A DNA stretch of 63,263 nucleotides, filler included, from Stramenopiles sp. TOSAG23-6 (GCA_900128565.1; 5 parts of 5 records of this genome joined end to end with filler, not necessarily neighbours in it), one strand, 5' to 3'. Counted from the first letter of the whole stretch, positions 34,595 through 45,592 are shown. The notes: generated by a model not told the origin, from the letters alone. A program made the numbers and translations.

Positions 34595-35251
34595 ATGAAG
34601 ACCATTGTTTTATTTGCCCTTTTCATTTTATTTTCTAGCTCATATTCAGTTAGAAAGTTTCGAAAAGAGCTGAAAAACAGACTGGCGCTCGATCAAAAGC
34701 ACAAGTTCCACTGCAATATCGACAACCTTACAGAGAAATCAATATACTGCAAAGGCATCATTTTCAGGTATGATGAATCTAGACCACCAACTTGGATGAA
34801 TTGGGCTCGAAATTTTGCAGCAAGTTACGGGGGTCAAGAATATGCATATCATCACTACATTTGGTTCCCGGACCAACAATGCAGCATAGGACTCCACAAA
34901 GTTTCAACAGGCAAAGAACCCGTCATGTCTACTCCGGATGTATACAAGTCCGGTGTATGTTATGAGCCGGATCCCAACGACAGTACCTCGATGAGAATAA
35001 AAAATATTTGCACGGATTGCACTTGTGGATCTGAATGTGGTGGACTTTCATTTGAAAGAAAGGTACTTGGCAAAGAACGATTGGAAATTGTTCAGTTGCT
35101 CAATGATTGGGAAAGCAAAAGGGTCAAAAAAAATAGCAAAACAACTGGAAAGATTGTTTCAATTGAAAACCAGAAGTCCATGCCTGGAGTCACTTTCAGC
35201 TATGGCGCTGGCTTTTCTATGAAATTTGATGATTTGAAAGATAATGCTTAA
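34595..35251 (+). CDS. Secreted Cys-containing hypothetical protein (in-frame continuation to 35515 beyond one TAA)
   Basis: Signal-peptide-like N-terminus; 218-aa ORF. Confidence 0.65.
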   Translation: MKTIVLFALFILFSSSYSVRKFRKELKNRLALDQKHKFHCNIDNLTEKSIYCKGIIFRYDESRPPTWMNWARNFAASYGGQEYAYHHYIWFPDQQCSIGLHKVSTGKEPVMSTPDVYKSGVCYEPDPNDSTSMRIKNICTDCTCGSECGGLSFERKVLGKERLEIVQLLNDWESKRVKKNSKTTGKIVSIENQKSMPGVTFSYGAGFSMKFDDLKDNA

Positions 35252-35610
35252 TTTCATTTCGGTAGGTATCTACTATCGGACCGGTACATCTTTGATCCTG
35301 TCGGATACGTTGGTGCTTCTAGTCGTGGTGAATTGGACGAGTATAACCCTTATATCACTCCTTCTATTGAAGAGACCCGAAGGATAAATCTTTCTAAAAT
35401 GACTTCTTATAGTTGTCAGGCTTTTGTGAGAATGTTCGTGGAATACCCTGAGATTTTGTACCACACATTTGTTCCTCAAGAAGAAGGTGAAGGTGAAGAT
35501 GACGATGAAGAATAATAATCGTATTCATTATAAAATGATTCGCAAATTCGATAGGTAATAATGAGAATACAAAAACAGAAAAGGATATTTAATTCATTAT
35601 AAATCAGTTC

Positions 35611-37974
35611 TCAGTTTCCTAAATTTCTTTTCTTTTTCAATGAATTATTAGATGAATTTTCATCAATTTTGCGTTTTCTACTTTCAGAAAAATCATGTTG
35701 AATCAATTTTTTGGCAACGCTAAACGGAATATCTAAACCTACATGACAACGAGTGATACCTTGCTCAAAAGAGGAGCAACGTAAAACTTTAATGCCTTTA
35801 TTAACATCATGAAATGTTTGCCGATACGCTTCTTGAATAGTTGCCCATATTTCTATAATATTACCACACAAAAGTGAATGTGTCTCCATTCGATTTTTAT
35901 ATTTGCTAGTACAAGGTCTGGTACCTGTTTAGTGAAAAAATATAATATACATTTAAAATACATTAGGTATGTATAAAAACGACTTTTAAAATTGTAATGA
36001 AATGATGAAAATNTACATGGTATCGTTCTACAGGTTATACATTGACCGCAGTTATCTTGAGTGGTGACGTCATCATCATTAAGTGAGACACGTCCCGCTT
36101 GGGAATGTTGATCCATCCAAAGTTGGCGAATATTTTCAATTTCATGGAATGATGAATTACGGTGATCTTTTGCTTTACAAGATTTTGTTGAAAGTTGAGT
36201 TTGAATATTTTTCAAAGTTGGCCGGTCAGTAAACTCTGTCTTTGGAAGGTTAGTATTGGAGATTTGTTGTACAATCTTCTTGAAAATATTTGGAGCCATA
36301 TTCTTACTACGTTTGTGTGGATAATACACTGTAAATTGCGTATGTTGAGGAAATCTTGACCTTTTAGATAACTTGCGCTCAAGTTCTTGTGAAGACATTT
36401 GTTCTAGCCCCTGAGGTAAAACTTCCATAAATAGCATGCACTCACGACGCCGAGAGCCTTGTCGGGGAACCCAACTGTAAAAACCATCATGAGAACCAAA
36501 AAACTTGTACGAATGGGATGCTCGACGTAAAACATTTCGACCACTCCAACCATCAATTTGTACATTATTATTTACATCATCACCAATGATATTCATTCTT
36601 TTTTGTTTCAATCGAGTCATACGAACAATACGATCTTTTAACAAGTTTTCAGCGGATTCAAAAGATCGGCCAAAATCAATGGAACATTCAACAACTTCAG
36701 CACAAACACCTTCATCGTTTGTTTGAATTATTTTAGGTAATTCGCATTTATTAAGAAAAAATATTTGGAAAAAAAAATCGTTAGGTACGGAATTTTCTAT
36801 AAAACAAAATATTTTGACATTCAATTCTGAAAACATGCATAATTTAACACTCGTTGCGCCAAGTTGGACTGCTGATTGAACACCTGGATTCCAAGTATCT
36901 AACATTTTTGCTTCATCCACTTTTTGTTTGTAGCAAGCAAGAAATGCATCAAATATATAATTTTGCCAAGCATAAGGGTAATTTAAAACACGATTAGCAA
37001 AACCTTTGAAAGTGTCCCATTTTCGTAAACCTCCACCACCATAGCTAAGTTTTCCTATAATACAAAGTATGAATGAATTAAGCTTTTCTATTTTTAAATA
37101 ATCAATATCCTCATCATCCTCATCCTCATCACCTGATATACTCAAATCAATATCGTCTTGACTAAAATCAGGTCGATTGTATTCTAATATTTTTTGTACT
37201 CCAGACGCAAGATCCTCAGCTAAATTAAGAAATTCATCACTTATACTTACATCCCACATATTTTTAATTGTACCATCAGCAACACATGGTAACATCAATT
37301 CACCTGAAAATTCTTCTTTATCATTCTTATTTTGTAATTCTTGAGCAACAGTACCAAAATTTTCTTCACATTGAAATTTTCTACTATTTTTACTTATAGC
37401 TCCTCGTAAATCATTCAGAGCTTGAATACCATACTCATTTTGCCAGTTCATTTCTTCAAATAAACTACGACCTTTCTTATGCTCGCCACCAGCAAAAGAA
37501 GCAGAACGATCGCCACGTGTCAATGCTCCTAAAGATTCAAGTCGTGATGTAACTGCAGAAACAAAACGTTTCTCGCCACCTAATTCAGTAACAAAAACTT
37601 TATACATAGGCGGAATGCGTTGATTTGTTCGATGTACTCGTCCCATCATTTGTAATGCAGCATCAGCAGCCCATGGAAGTTCAAGTACAATGTTTACATG
37701 TAATTTTTGGAAAATAATTTTTTTTTTGTACAATTTGAAAGATTGTTAGGTACGAAATTTCGTACGAAAAAACAATGTAGAAAAAAAATTGAAAAAAAAA
37801 ACGTACACGACGACGTTGGCCAGCTATAGGATTATTGCGTTCACAATGCATTGAAATACCAGTTGCAGCAGCACTTGATATTATTGCGACGAATTTCTCA
37901 CCTCTTTGAAATGCTTCTTTTTCTTCTGCATTACTTAAATAGCGATCTTCTAATCTTAATTCATTCGTCACAGC
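35611..37974 (-). CDS. SBNO: Strawberry notch-like helicase, 3' part; exons 37974-37807, 37697-36839, 36745-36017, 35924-35611
   Basis: AIISSAAATGISMH, QRRRV..LELPWAAD..LQMMGRVHRTNQ, GGEKRFVSAV..RLESLGALTRGDR. Confidence 0.92.
35925..36016 (-). mobile_element. Diverged family intron with canonical GT-AG ends, 92 nt
   Basis: CCAT|GTANAT...TACCTAAT...ATATTTTTTCACTAAACAG|GT. Confidence 0.75.
36746..36838 (-). mobile_element. Introner-family intron, GC-AT, 93 nt (3n)
   Basis: TTAT|GCATGT...CCGTACCTAAC...CTTAATAAAT|GC. Confidence 0.72.
37698..37806 (-). mobile_element. Introner-family intron, GT-AT, 109 nt
   Basis: CGT|GTACGT...AAAATTACAT|GTA. Restores QRRRV. Confidence 0.9.
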
Positions 37975-38027
37975 ATGTATTTTGGAAAAATATTTCAAAA
38001 AAAAAAAACTTAAATTTGTTAGGTACA
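37975..38027 (-). mobile_element. Introner-family intron, partial
   Basis: TGTACCTAAC...CAAAATACAT|GCT. The contig breaks inside it. Confidence 0.8.
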
Positions 38028-38127
38028 NNNNNNNNNNNNNNNNNNNNNNNNNNNNNNNNNNNNNNNNNNNNTTAATTAATTAANNNNNNNNNNNNNNNNN
38101 NNNNNNNNNNNNNNNNNNNNNNNNNNN
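38028..38127. other. Artificial contig linker
   Basis: N44-TTAATTAATTAA-N44. Confidence 0.98.
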
Positions 38128-38304
38128 TATAGCTATTGATGGGGGTCGTCAGAATTTGGGAGCTAGATAAATATAATAAATCGTATACTATACAACAACT
38201 ACAAATATTTTCCACAATAATCAATAATGGTGCCCTGGGGTACCTGATATAACTGTAATAACTTTTGTAAAAATTTTCATAACGTTTATATTTTTGAAGC
38301 TATA

Positions 38305-39232
38305 TTATACTAAGGGAATCGTTAATGATCCAACTGCACCCCCATCGACAGGAATTATAGCACCCGTAATCCAACTTGAAGATGCAGAACTCAGAAAAAT
38401 AGCAGCACCAGCTATATCTTTTTTCCCTCCAAAACGTTTTAATGGAATACCTTCTTTAATTTCTTCAGTTGTTGCATATTTTTCTAAGCCTTGACTCATC
38501 TTTGAAGGGATATATCCAGGCGCTATTGCGTTAACTGTAATAAAATGGCTTGAAAGCTCTGAAGATAAACTTTTTGTTAGGTGGTGAACACCCGCTTTAG
38601 ATACATCATGTATTTTGGAAAAATATTTCAAAAAAACATTTAATTTTTGTTAGGTACAAAATTTCGTACGAAAAAAAAATCAAAATTGAAAAAAAAATAA
38701 AACATACATAGGCAAAGGTTGGTGTGGACTGTGGTAGTATTCCAGCAATTGAGCCGATATTAATCACTCTTGCTGGATCATCCTGTGTTGCAACATTGTC
38801 AAGAAGCGGTAAAAGACTTCTTGTAAGATAATAAATTGATTTTACATTCAAATCAAGAACCTTATCAAAACCTGCTGTGCTATTGATATTTGAGTGATCA
38901 AATTCTTCACCCCAGGATGTTCCTGAATTGTTGACTAGCACGTCTAACTCTTTTAAACCATATTTATGTTCAAGATCATCTGCTAATCTATTGCAACCAT
39001 CCAAACTTGATATATCTGATCCAAATCCAAATGCTTTACCATGACCTGGTTGTGATTCCGAAAGATCAGAAGCTACATCTGCACAATCTGAACCATTTCG
39101 CGATGTAAGATAAACAGTTGCACCATTTTCAACAAAACTGGAAGCAATCATTTTTCCAATTCCTCGTGCTCCACCAGTAACAAGAACGGTCTTGCCAGCA
39201 ACACTAAATAGACTTTGAAGAGACGATGTCAT
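38305..39232 (-). CDS. Short-chain dehydrogenase/reductase (RhlG-like); exons 39232-38708, 38607-38305
   Basis: TGGARGIG, LVNNSG, catalytic Y|DVSK split by the intron, ITG..IPVDGG. Confidence 0.93.
38608..38707 (-). mobile_element. Introner-family intron, GT-AT, 100 nt
   Basis: TAT|GTATGT...TTCGTACGAAATTTTGTACCTAAC...CAAAATACAT|GAT. Confidence 0.92.
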
Positions 39233-39457
39233 TGAAGATATTTTTTTATTAAATGAAGTTTGACTTTTTATGCCAAAGAAAAGCCATTTTTGACACGTCA
39301 TCACATAATAAATTGGGGAGGAGGTTTTAGTCAAAAAAAATCGTTACCCGGGAACTGATTGAGATCAAAAAAGTGAACAGAGTCAGATGATCAGATCAGA
39401 GTCTCGGCACTCTCGGCTCTCAAAGTTACTTTATTGTATTATCGGACAGAATGTCGA

Positions 39458-40872
39458 ATGGCCATATTTGTTTTAGCACTAACATTCCTATTGTGTAGAT
39501 ATAGTTTGGTATCATCTAATATGGTATCGAAAGACATCATGGATAACTCTACAAAAGCTTTAACTTTGTACAATCCTGGAGCCGTTCTAAAAAAGTTGTA
39601 TTCACCTGTTGTTGACTTTAATTTTGCTGAAATATCTGGAAGTTTCATTGTGAAAATTAAACAGAATATGAAGGGAAAAGGAACGGGTTCAGCTTCTTGG
39701 GATGGTGGGTCCGCAATGGCACACTTAATTCAGAATCCTGATATACTTTTACTTCCACCAAATAGAGGAGGAATTGACTGGTTTCCGTTAGGGTTAGAGT
39801 TAGATGAAACAAACAAAACGGACATTTCACTAAAACAGCCTTTACCTGTAAAACAAGATTGGAATTGGTTAGGAAAACGTGTTGTTGAATTGGGTTCCGG
39901 TCTTGGATTAGTAGGTTTAGTTGCAACTATGCTTGGTGCGGAGGTTTTATGTACCGATGGAGACGAAGAGACTTTAGAAATTGCCGAGAAAAATATAAAA
40001 GATAATATCTCACGCTTTAAAGCGCAAAACGTAGATAATAACGTAGATAATATTGGACAAGCTCATGTTTCTGCATATGCATGGGGATCTGAACCAAATG
40101 CAATGTTAGAAAGAGCATTTGGTTTTGCATATAATTCAGAAAAAATGGAAAAGCTAGGAAACCCTGACCCTAACAAAAATAATATTTATCCTGATGTTGT
40201 AATCGCAGCTGATGTGATTTATGGTGGAAATTCTGAAGCTTGGCACTTATTCATTGAGTCTCTTGCGGCTTTATCAGGTCCAAATACGGTTGTTTTGTTT
40301 GAAATTACAGAGAGATATGCCCGGGAGAAGTATTTATTTATGAAGAATCTTGGTCGACCCGGTAGAAATCATAACGGTTGTACGTTTTCATCATGAATTT
40401 TCAATTTTTTTTTTCATACGAAATTTTGTACCTAAGATTTTTTGTTTTGAGTTTTTTTTCGATACGTTTTTCATCATGAATTTTTTACCTACATTTATTT
40501 CATACGAAATTTTTACCTAACGAAACATTTAAAAAAATGAAATATTTCTTCATATGCATGGCACTCGAGGCGAATTTCTAATGACCTACTACACCCTGAA
40601 TTCCAAAACTCACGTGTGAGTATGTATGTTTTAATTTTTTTTAAATTTCGAATTTATTTTTTTTATAGGAAATTTTGTACCTAACAATTTTTTTATGATT
40701 TTTTTGAAATATTTTTCCAAAATACATATATCAACTGACAAAAAAAAATGGAAGTGTGATGAACGATGAAAATACTAATGGGGAATGTTATGTTGGACGT
40801 TTGCACAAAAAAATCACAAAAGAACAACAACGGATAAAAAAACAAGCTTACGAAAGAACTCTTCAATCCTGA
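39458..40872 (+). CDS. METTL21-like (family 16) protein-lysine methyltransferase; exons 39458-40379, 40560-40623, 40728-40872
   Basis: GTG...WDGG, VVELGSGLGLVG, DVVIAADVIY, and spliced LLHPEF...SIYQL. Confidence 0.85.
40380..40559 (+). mobile_element. Tandem double introner intron, GT-AT, 180 nt
   Basis: GGTT|GTACGT...(TACGTTTTCATCATGAATTTT...CATACGAAATTTT..ACCTAA)x2...ATATGCAT|GG. Confidence 0.75.
40624..40727 (+). mobile_element. Introner-family intron, GT-AT, 104 nt
   Basis: AT|GTATGT...CAAAATACAT|A. Confidence 0.85.
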
Positions 40873-41094
40873 TCATCAAATAAAAATATTTCAAAATTTT
40901 TTTTTTTGCTTCGTAGTACGATTTCGTGTTTTTCACCATGGTCACGTCAGTGACGTCATCATCACACCTAAAGTCTTGACACTCAACACACTCAACTTGA
41001 TCTAGCTAGATCATAATCCACCAAAGATCTATATTATTGTGTCTGCTAAAGGTTGTCAGCTCACAAAGTAGTTCTGTAGCAAATTACGTGCATT

Positions 41095-42451
41095 ATGGGA
41101 ATGTCGTTACCGGACTTTTGCAAATTAATTGAATCTCAACTTATACCTCGTGAATCTCTAGAAAAATATGAAGTCTTGATAAATCGGCTGCGTAGTATTA
41201 AAAATGAATACTTATCTCATTATTTATTATTAGTTCCAGGTATTAATATAAGTAAAGCTGTAAAGATAATTTGTGATTATTACCCGGTAGACTTTTGCTG
41301 GTCGCCTTGCTTAGAACCTAATTTTATGGCACTGCTGATGCTACACGGCTTTATATGCATAGCAAGTGAGGTTAGGATACCTCCTATATCATCTGGTGTC
41401 GCAAAAAAGGTGAGAGGCAAGAAGAAAAAGAAAAAGAAAAAGGCAAAAGAACATGTTGTGTTGATGCCAAAGTTGCACCTAAAACGCTCTTTATTATGTA
41501 GTTGGAAAGATTTACACGTTTCGAAGTCAGTAAGAAAACGCAGTAAACATTTTTCTCTCACGTTTAATTCGTCATTTGACCTTGTTGTTACGGGATGTCA
41601 AAAGCAACATGGTAAGGCGTGGCTTTATCCACCAGTAGTCAGTGCATTGCGGTACTTATTTGATCAGACACATGCAAATATAGACATAATTAATGATGAA
41701 ATGGTAAATGAAGTCAAAACTGAAATGGTTGGTGAGTTGAAAACTGAAATGGTTGATGAATTGAACAACTTGCAAGAAAGTATTAGTGCCTTACATACTT
41801 CTGAAGGAAAAAATATTGCACCAAATGAGCCATCAAATGATGCTACTAATAAAATTGGTCTCCATTCAGTCGAGTTGTGGTACAATCCAATATCTACAGA
41901 TAATTCTGGTAATAACTCATTAGAAACGCCCAGATTAGTTGCTGGCGAAATGTACGTTTTATTTTTTTTCAATTTCAAACTTAATTTTTTTTCGTACGAA
42001 ATTTTGTACCTAACAAATTTTGACTACATTTTTTTTTCCACAATACATTGGTTGTGTTGTTGGTAATGTTTATACAAGTTTAACAGGATTTTCTGATAGA
42101 ACTGTTTCAGCTGCTGGGACGGTACAGTTAGTTGCATTAGGGCGAGCTTTAGAATGTATGGGCTTCAAGCTATGGGATTTAGGGATGCATGTATGTTTCC
42201 ATTAGGAATTTCAATTTTCTTTTAATACGAAATTTTGTACCTAACGATTTTTTGACCGAAAAAAAATATTTTTCACAATACATATGTCTTATAAGGAGCG
42301 ACTTGGTGCTAAAGAAGTGAATAGGTCAGATTTTTTATCAAAAAGAAGTCTAGATTTAGTACCAAAGCCAATGTTACTTTCCATGGGTAGTAAATCTTGT
42401 AGTGTTGGACAAGGGATCAATGCTCGGGATATTATAGACAAGAAATTATAA
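41095..42451 (+). CDS. Leucyl/phenylalanyl-tRNA-protein transferase-like; exons 41095-41951, 42049-42190, 42284-42451
   Basis: LMPKLH..R, QHG..WLY, HSVELW, LVAGEIG..VG.VYTSLTGF, AGTVQL, WDLGMHMSYK.RLGA. Confidence 0.88.
41952..42048 (+). mobile_element. Introner-family intron, GT-AT, 97 nt
   Basis: GAAAT|GTACGT...CACAATACAT|TGGT. Restores AGEIG. Confidence 0.9.
42191..42283 (+). mobile_element. Introner-family intron, GT-AT, 93 nt
   Basis: CAT|GTATGT...CACAATACAT|ATG. Confidence 0.9.
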
Positions 42452-42683
42452 AAAAATAAATTACAAATTAAAAAAATTATAAAACCGTTAATTTACTAGT
42501 ACGTACGTTAATTAATCACAAGATTTTTTGTACAAACGAGAAAAGCTTCGGTACCCTCCTTCCTTTATTCCTAAAAAAAATGTTTGACCCCACTATCATT
42601 TCTCAGTACAGTTGGATCATGTGGCAAATATAGTCAATTCAAAGTAGCTTGTGGACTTTGGCATTCCACAAAGTAATTTCATT

Positions 42684-44096
42684 ATGGTAGAAAATACTGC
42701 GTTAGCTATTATCATTGCTATTATTGGAAATGCTATAAACGGCATGGGGTATATCGTCTGGAAATGGGTACATATGAAATTAGAACAAAAGAAACATGAA
42801 CCAAATTACAGGCAAATAGAATCAAAATCAAATGATACTGGAGAAACAGCACAACGTGCAGTTGGATTTCCAGAAGAAAATTTTCCCAGAGATGAACAAG
42901 AACTACAGAAGAAAGTGAAACAAAAGTGTTGTAGATTTACTATACCCAAAGAGCACTTTCTCCGGCAACCGCTTTGGTATGTTGGTTTACTTCTCTATGC
43001 TATTGGAAGTTCATTACATGGTGTTGGTTTAAATTTAGGGCCAATTACAATAATTGCCCCTTTAGATGCAGTTACGCTTATATTTATTGCTATAAGCTCG
43101 CCCATTATTCTTGGAGAAAGTTTTACAATAGACCAAGCAGTTGGAACAGTAATACTAGGAATATCTATAGTTTGTGTTGCTGTATCGCAACCCAAGAAAT
43201 TAGATAATTTTGATGCGCGACAGTGTTACTCTATGTTTTCTCAAGAACAATGTAGTATAGCAGTAGGGGGGTGGGGTGGAATGGTAGGTCTAGTATATGT
43301 TTTAAAACAATTACGAGAAAAGCGTTTCACTTTTAAAACGGTAGATAAAAAAACAGAAACTACAGGAGATATTGAGCTACGTTGTATAAATAATCCTCTT
43401 TCTGCTCAAACAGTTGATAATAACGAAGAAATCGTACAACAGCGACATACAGCGAAACATATTTCTCTTCAAAGAGTAAGTAAAAAAACAGAAACAGTGA
43501 AACCTATTTCTGTTCAAACAGTAGATAGTAAAGTAGAAACTAAAGTTCAACAACATACAGTGAAACCGATTTCTCTTCAAAGAGTAAGTAGAAAAACAGA
43601 AACGAAAGTAGAAATGGTTCCAGATGTAGAAACGAAAGTAGGTGTTCAATTAGGACGCACGGTAAACACAAGAGACTATAATAAGTTTAGCAATATTATG
43701 ATTCTCATTACCATGTGTTTTATTGGGTCATATTTTGGTGCTATTTGTCAAATGAGTTTGAAATGTTTGTTTGGTATGCTTGGAGCTCTTCCTGGCACAT
43801 TCTCTGATCCAAGTCTATATGCAATAACATTGCAGTTTGCTATAAGTAATTTTCTTCTTGAGCTATGGAGACAGCGCTCGCTACGGAAATTTGAGACATT
43901 ATATGTTGTTCCTCTTTTCTGTTGCTTTATACTTTGTGGAAGTGTCTTTCTTGGAGGAATTTGCTTTAATGAATTTGATGGAAATGAAATTGCTTTACTA
44001 ATCGCAATAATCATTTGTTTACTTGGAATTGCCATAATGTCTTTAAAGCCCTTGGATTATTTCATTAAAATTTTACGTCCGAATAGAAACATCTAA
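42684..44096 (+). CDS. NIPA-like Mg2+ transporter (DMT superfamily)
   Basis: PLWYVGL, PITIIAPL, ILGE, FETLYVVP, GGICFNEF; about 9 TM segments. Internal loop repeats (VKPIS.Q.V). Confidence 0.82.
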   Translation: MVENTALAIIIAIIGNAINGMGYIVWKWVHMKLEQKKHEPNYRQIESKSNDTGETAQRAVGFPEENFPRDEQELQKKVKQKCCRFTIPKEHFLRQPLWYVGLLLYAIGSSLHGVGLNLGPITIIAPLDAVTLIFIAISSPIILGESFTIDQAVGTVILGISIVCVAVSQPKKLDNFDARQCYSMFSQEQCSIAVGGWGGMVGLVYVLKQLREKRFTFKTVDKKTETTGDIELRCINNPLSAQTVDNNEEIVQQRHTAKHISLQRVSKKTETVKPISVQTVDSKVETKVQQHTVKPISLQRVSRKTETKVEMVPDVETKVGVQLGRTVNTRDYNKFSNIMILITMCFIGSYFGAICQMSLKCLFGMLGALPGTFSDPSLYAITLQFAISNFLLELWRQRSLRKFETLYVVPLFCCFILCGSVFLGGICFNEFDGNEIALLIAIIICLLGIAIMSLKPLDYFIKILRPNRNI

Positions 44097-44176
44097 ATAA
44101 ATTTGTAAATATACAAGCTTTATTATAATACGTTATTGGATTTATTTACATAAAGTGCCTATGGCTTAAGATTAGT

Positions 44177-45592
44177 CTATGGAGATATTTTCTTCAAGAA
44201 ATTGACTTTCTTTGATACTATAGAATTTCCTATTGGGCTACCCAAACTAACTGGTTGTCGTCTACCTCTTGGACTTACCAAACGACCTCTTTGCTCCCAT
44301 CTCTCTGAATCAAGTGATCTCATAGCAGTAGCTGCTTTTATTTCGGCTTCTTTCATTGTGCTACTCATGAAACTCCTTTCGCGCTTTAGATCTTTGATTT
44401 CTTTCAATAATTTCATATTACTTTTGACTAACTTGTGTCTTTCATTTAGTCGTTTTTCTTCTTGTTGAATTTGTGCGTTTTTCAGTTGTTTCACATGATG
44501 TTTCAATGATGTTATTACCTTATCTTTTTCTACTGCATCGTTAAGATACGTATACTCTTCCGTAGAATAGGATTGGTGTAAACTATTTTCCTCGCTCTCA
44601 AACTTTTTTTCTGTCTCTTCTTCAATTGGGTTAGCAATATATTCATCTTTCCAACATTGATTTATTTCTTTCACAGTTTGATACAAACTGCCCAAATCTT
44701 GTGTCACAGTAGCTTCCCCTTGATCATTGAAATCATCGTACTTTCCACACATAGATCTTATAGTCTCCTCCAACTGAGTCGTTTGCATCTGAATATAGCT
44801 TGTATTATTCATCATAATATTTTGTTTATATTCTTTTCGTTTTAGGGAAATTTCACTCTCTTTGATAACCTTCTTGGAAATTTGCAATTTTTGATCCATA
44901 CTGACTAACTTTTGTTTTTCTTGAACTAATTTTTCCTGCATTAGAATTGCCGCTTGTTTTAATGAGTGATTTTCAGAGCGAAGTGTGTGATTGATACCAA
45001 TTTGACGTTGAGCACTTTCTACAAGACTTTCTTCAGTTTCGATATGTTCAATTTTACTCAACTCAAAGTTTGATTTCTCCGTTTTCAGTTGCTCTTGAAG
45101 ATTTTTAACTATAGTGTCATATTTCTCTTTTAAATTGCTCATTACCTTTGCATTTTTATTCTTTTCTTCCTCCATTTCTTCGAATATTTTCTCTTGTTTA
45201 ACTTTTTCAGAACTCACTTTTTCTGCTATTTTTTCCAAGAATTTTTGTTTCCAAATGTTGAAATCTTTGGATGTTTTTTTGAGTTTTTCTTTTGAATTCG
45301 ACTGAAGCATTTGTATTTTTTCCTTTAACTTGCCTATTTCTAGATTCTGCTTATCTAACTTTTCACTATAAGTTACTTCTAATATTTTAGACGCAACTAA
45401 GAACTGTGTCTTGTATCGATTTTCAGTAGCACATTTTGCTTCGTGTGCATTTGATAGATCTTTTATTGGTTCTTCTATTGTTTTACTACTAGACTTATTT
45501 ACTCCAGCTTTGATTGGAGTATCAAAGCCTTCCTTCAATTCATTTATATAGTGATTATTATCAGAGTCTGAGGTAATACATTCCATAGTCAT
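44177..45592 (-). CDS. Coiled-coil hypothetical protein
   Basis: Long E/K/Q-rich ORF. Confidence 0.7.
   Translation of the reverse strand: MTMECITSDSDNNHYINELKEGFDTPIKAGVNKSSSKTIEEPIKDLSNAHEAKCATENRYKTQFLVASKILEVTYSEKLDKQNLEIGKLKEKIQMLQSNSKEKLKKTSKDFNIWKQKFLEKIAEKVSSEKVKQEKIFEEMEEEKNKNAKVMSNLKEKYDTIVKNLQEQLKTEKSNFELSKIEHIETEESLVESAQRQIGINHTLRSENHSLKQAAILMQEKLVQEKQKLVSMDQKLQISKKVIKESEISLKRKEYKQNIMMNNTSYIQMQTTQLEETIRSMCGKYDDFNDQGEATVTQDLGSLYQTVKEINQCWKDEYIANPIEEETEKKFESEENSLHQSYSTEEYTYLNDAVEKDKVITSLKHHVKQLKNAQIQQEEKRLNERHKLVKSNMKLLKEIKDLKRERSFMSSTMKEAEIKAATAMRSLDSERWEQRGRLVSPRGRRQPVSLGSPIGNSIVSKKVNFLKKISP

Noticed and set aside
35249-35251. Stop-codon reassignment (TAA as sense)
   Set aside because: TAA, TAG and TGA all terminate conserved genes at expected positions and long ORFs have no internal stops. 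Other breaks are explained by introns.
38608-38707. Interpretation as U12-type AT-AC introns
   Set aside because: No ATATCCTT 5' motif. The SBNO RRRV motif, the GC-donor copy and the copies lacking AC argue against that register.
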